Shown one piece after another: positions 19,677 through 20,553 of a stretch of DNA of 20,553 bases. A model generated the notes under the pieces. That model was not told the DNA's origin, searched no databases, and worked only from the letters and a program-made list of their open reading frames with translations. Positions within the stretch are counted from its first letter, which is position 1. The number at the start of each line of letters is the position of its first letter. The translations under genes were made by a program, and so were the position numbers. Source of the stretch: Macrostomum lignano (lineage: Eukaryota); NCBI GenBank assembly GCA_002269645.1, contig NIVC01005221.1, positions 1 through 20,553 on the forward strand. The letters run 5' to 3'.

Positions 19677-20038
19677 TGAATCCGGAGTTGAGTTGTTTGA
19701 CGAAAAAATTCGATTGAGTCCAGTTTAGCGGAGACGATTTCAATGTTTAATTTGACGGAGAAGATTTCTGTTTCGTGGAGAGGATTTCGATGGTGTTCAG
19801 TTTCACGGAGAGGATTTCGATGATGTTCATTTCAGCTTCACGGAGAGTTTCTGTTTCGCGGAGATAATTTATGATTGATTTCTGTTTTATGGAAACATAT
19901 TTTGATGGATTTAAGTTTCAAGAGAGGATTTCGAAGGAGTCCAGTTTCACTGAGAGATTTCGATGGTTTTCAGTTGCACGGAACAGGATTTCTGCTTCGC
20001 GAAGAGGATCTTGATGGATTTGGCATCTTCAATCAGTC

Positions 20039-20553
20039 AGAGAAGAGAGTAAAGAGAAGAAATGAAAAGAGAAGAGAGATGAGATGATAGAAAACAGAGT
20101 AGAAAATGAGTGGAGAGATTAGACATGACAGATGGAGAGAAGAGGGAGTAAAGGGGGATACGAAGGAAGAGAGAAGAAGAAGAGGAGAGAGAGATGAAGG
20201 GAGAGGATATGAGAGAGGAGATAATGAGATAGCAAGAAGAGGAGACAGGAGGAAAAGAAAGGAGGGATAAGAGCGACAGAGGCAATAGAAAGAGAGGAAA
20301 GAGAGAAGAGAGGTGAGAGGTGAGAGGAGAGAGATGAAAGAGACAGAGATCAGAGATTCAAAAGAAGAAATAGTGAGGAGAAAGAAGAGGGTATAAGATG
20401 AGATGCAGAGAGGAGAGAAACGAGAGGAGACAGTGGTAGAAAGGAGTGTAAAAACAAAGATAAGAAAGGAGGAGGGTGAAGTGGTGAGAGCATATAGGAA
20501 AGTGTAAAAGGGGAGAGAGGAGAAGAATAGATAAGTGAGTAGAGAAGAGATAT
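20039..20553 (+). repeat. Polypurine block, U11 (partial, U8/U10 type)
   Basis: Same entry anchor and module order as U8/U10, with small indels. Confidence 0.9.

Larger units (their letters stand above)
84..20553 (+). repeat. Head-to-tail tandem array of 11 non-autonomous Helitron-like elements, continuing past the window end
   Basis: TACTAAAGTT head recurs 11 times (near 90, 1321, 2375, 3602, 5863, 7098, 9299, 12038, 14807, 16037, 18777), all on + strand. Nine of the ten internal junctions follow a CT(C/T)CTCC-GAA-GGAGGAG hairpin; eight read CTCG|T. Confidence 0.95.
18772..20553 (+). mobile_element. U11, long unit cut by the window end, rich in small deletions
   Basis: Starts TATATACTAAAG; same module order; polypurine block runs off the window. 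Confidence 0.7.

Overview
Non-coding eukaryotic repeat DNA. After an ~80-bp (TC)n/(TATC)n flank, the window is one head-to-tail, same-strand array of 11 related elements: U1 84-1314, U2 1315-2370 (3'-truncated), U3 2371-3593, U4 3594-5854, U5 5855-7089, U6 7090-9294, U7 9295-12033, U8 12034-14796, U9 14797-16032, U10 16033-18771, U11 18772->20553. They resemble non-autonomous Helitron (rolling-circle) elements: a 5' (TC)...TACTAAAGTT head, a GTTT/GTCT/GT microsatellite, and a 3' CTCCTCC-GAA-GGAGGAG hairpin 9 nt before a CTCG end. There is no RepHel or other credible coding region; all listed ORFs are explained by repeat composition. Units are short (~1.23 kb) or long (2.2-2.8 kb, with a 0.7-1.1 kb polypurine block) and are sequence mosaics of each other. 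Each carries a fixed (CTAACC)3-7 telomere-type tract, usually three TTGCGCAA (C/EBP-type) palindromes and a ~30-bp minisatellite. The least expected feature is a head motif (AACTCCTCCT) complementary to the right arm of the preceding unit's terminal hairpin, which allows an alternative stem across every intact junction. Alignments were done by eye, so internal boundaries are approximate; the host species cannot be determined.
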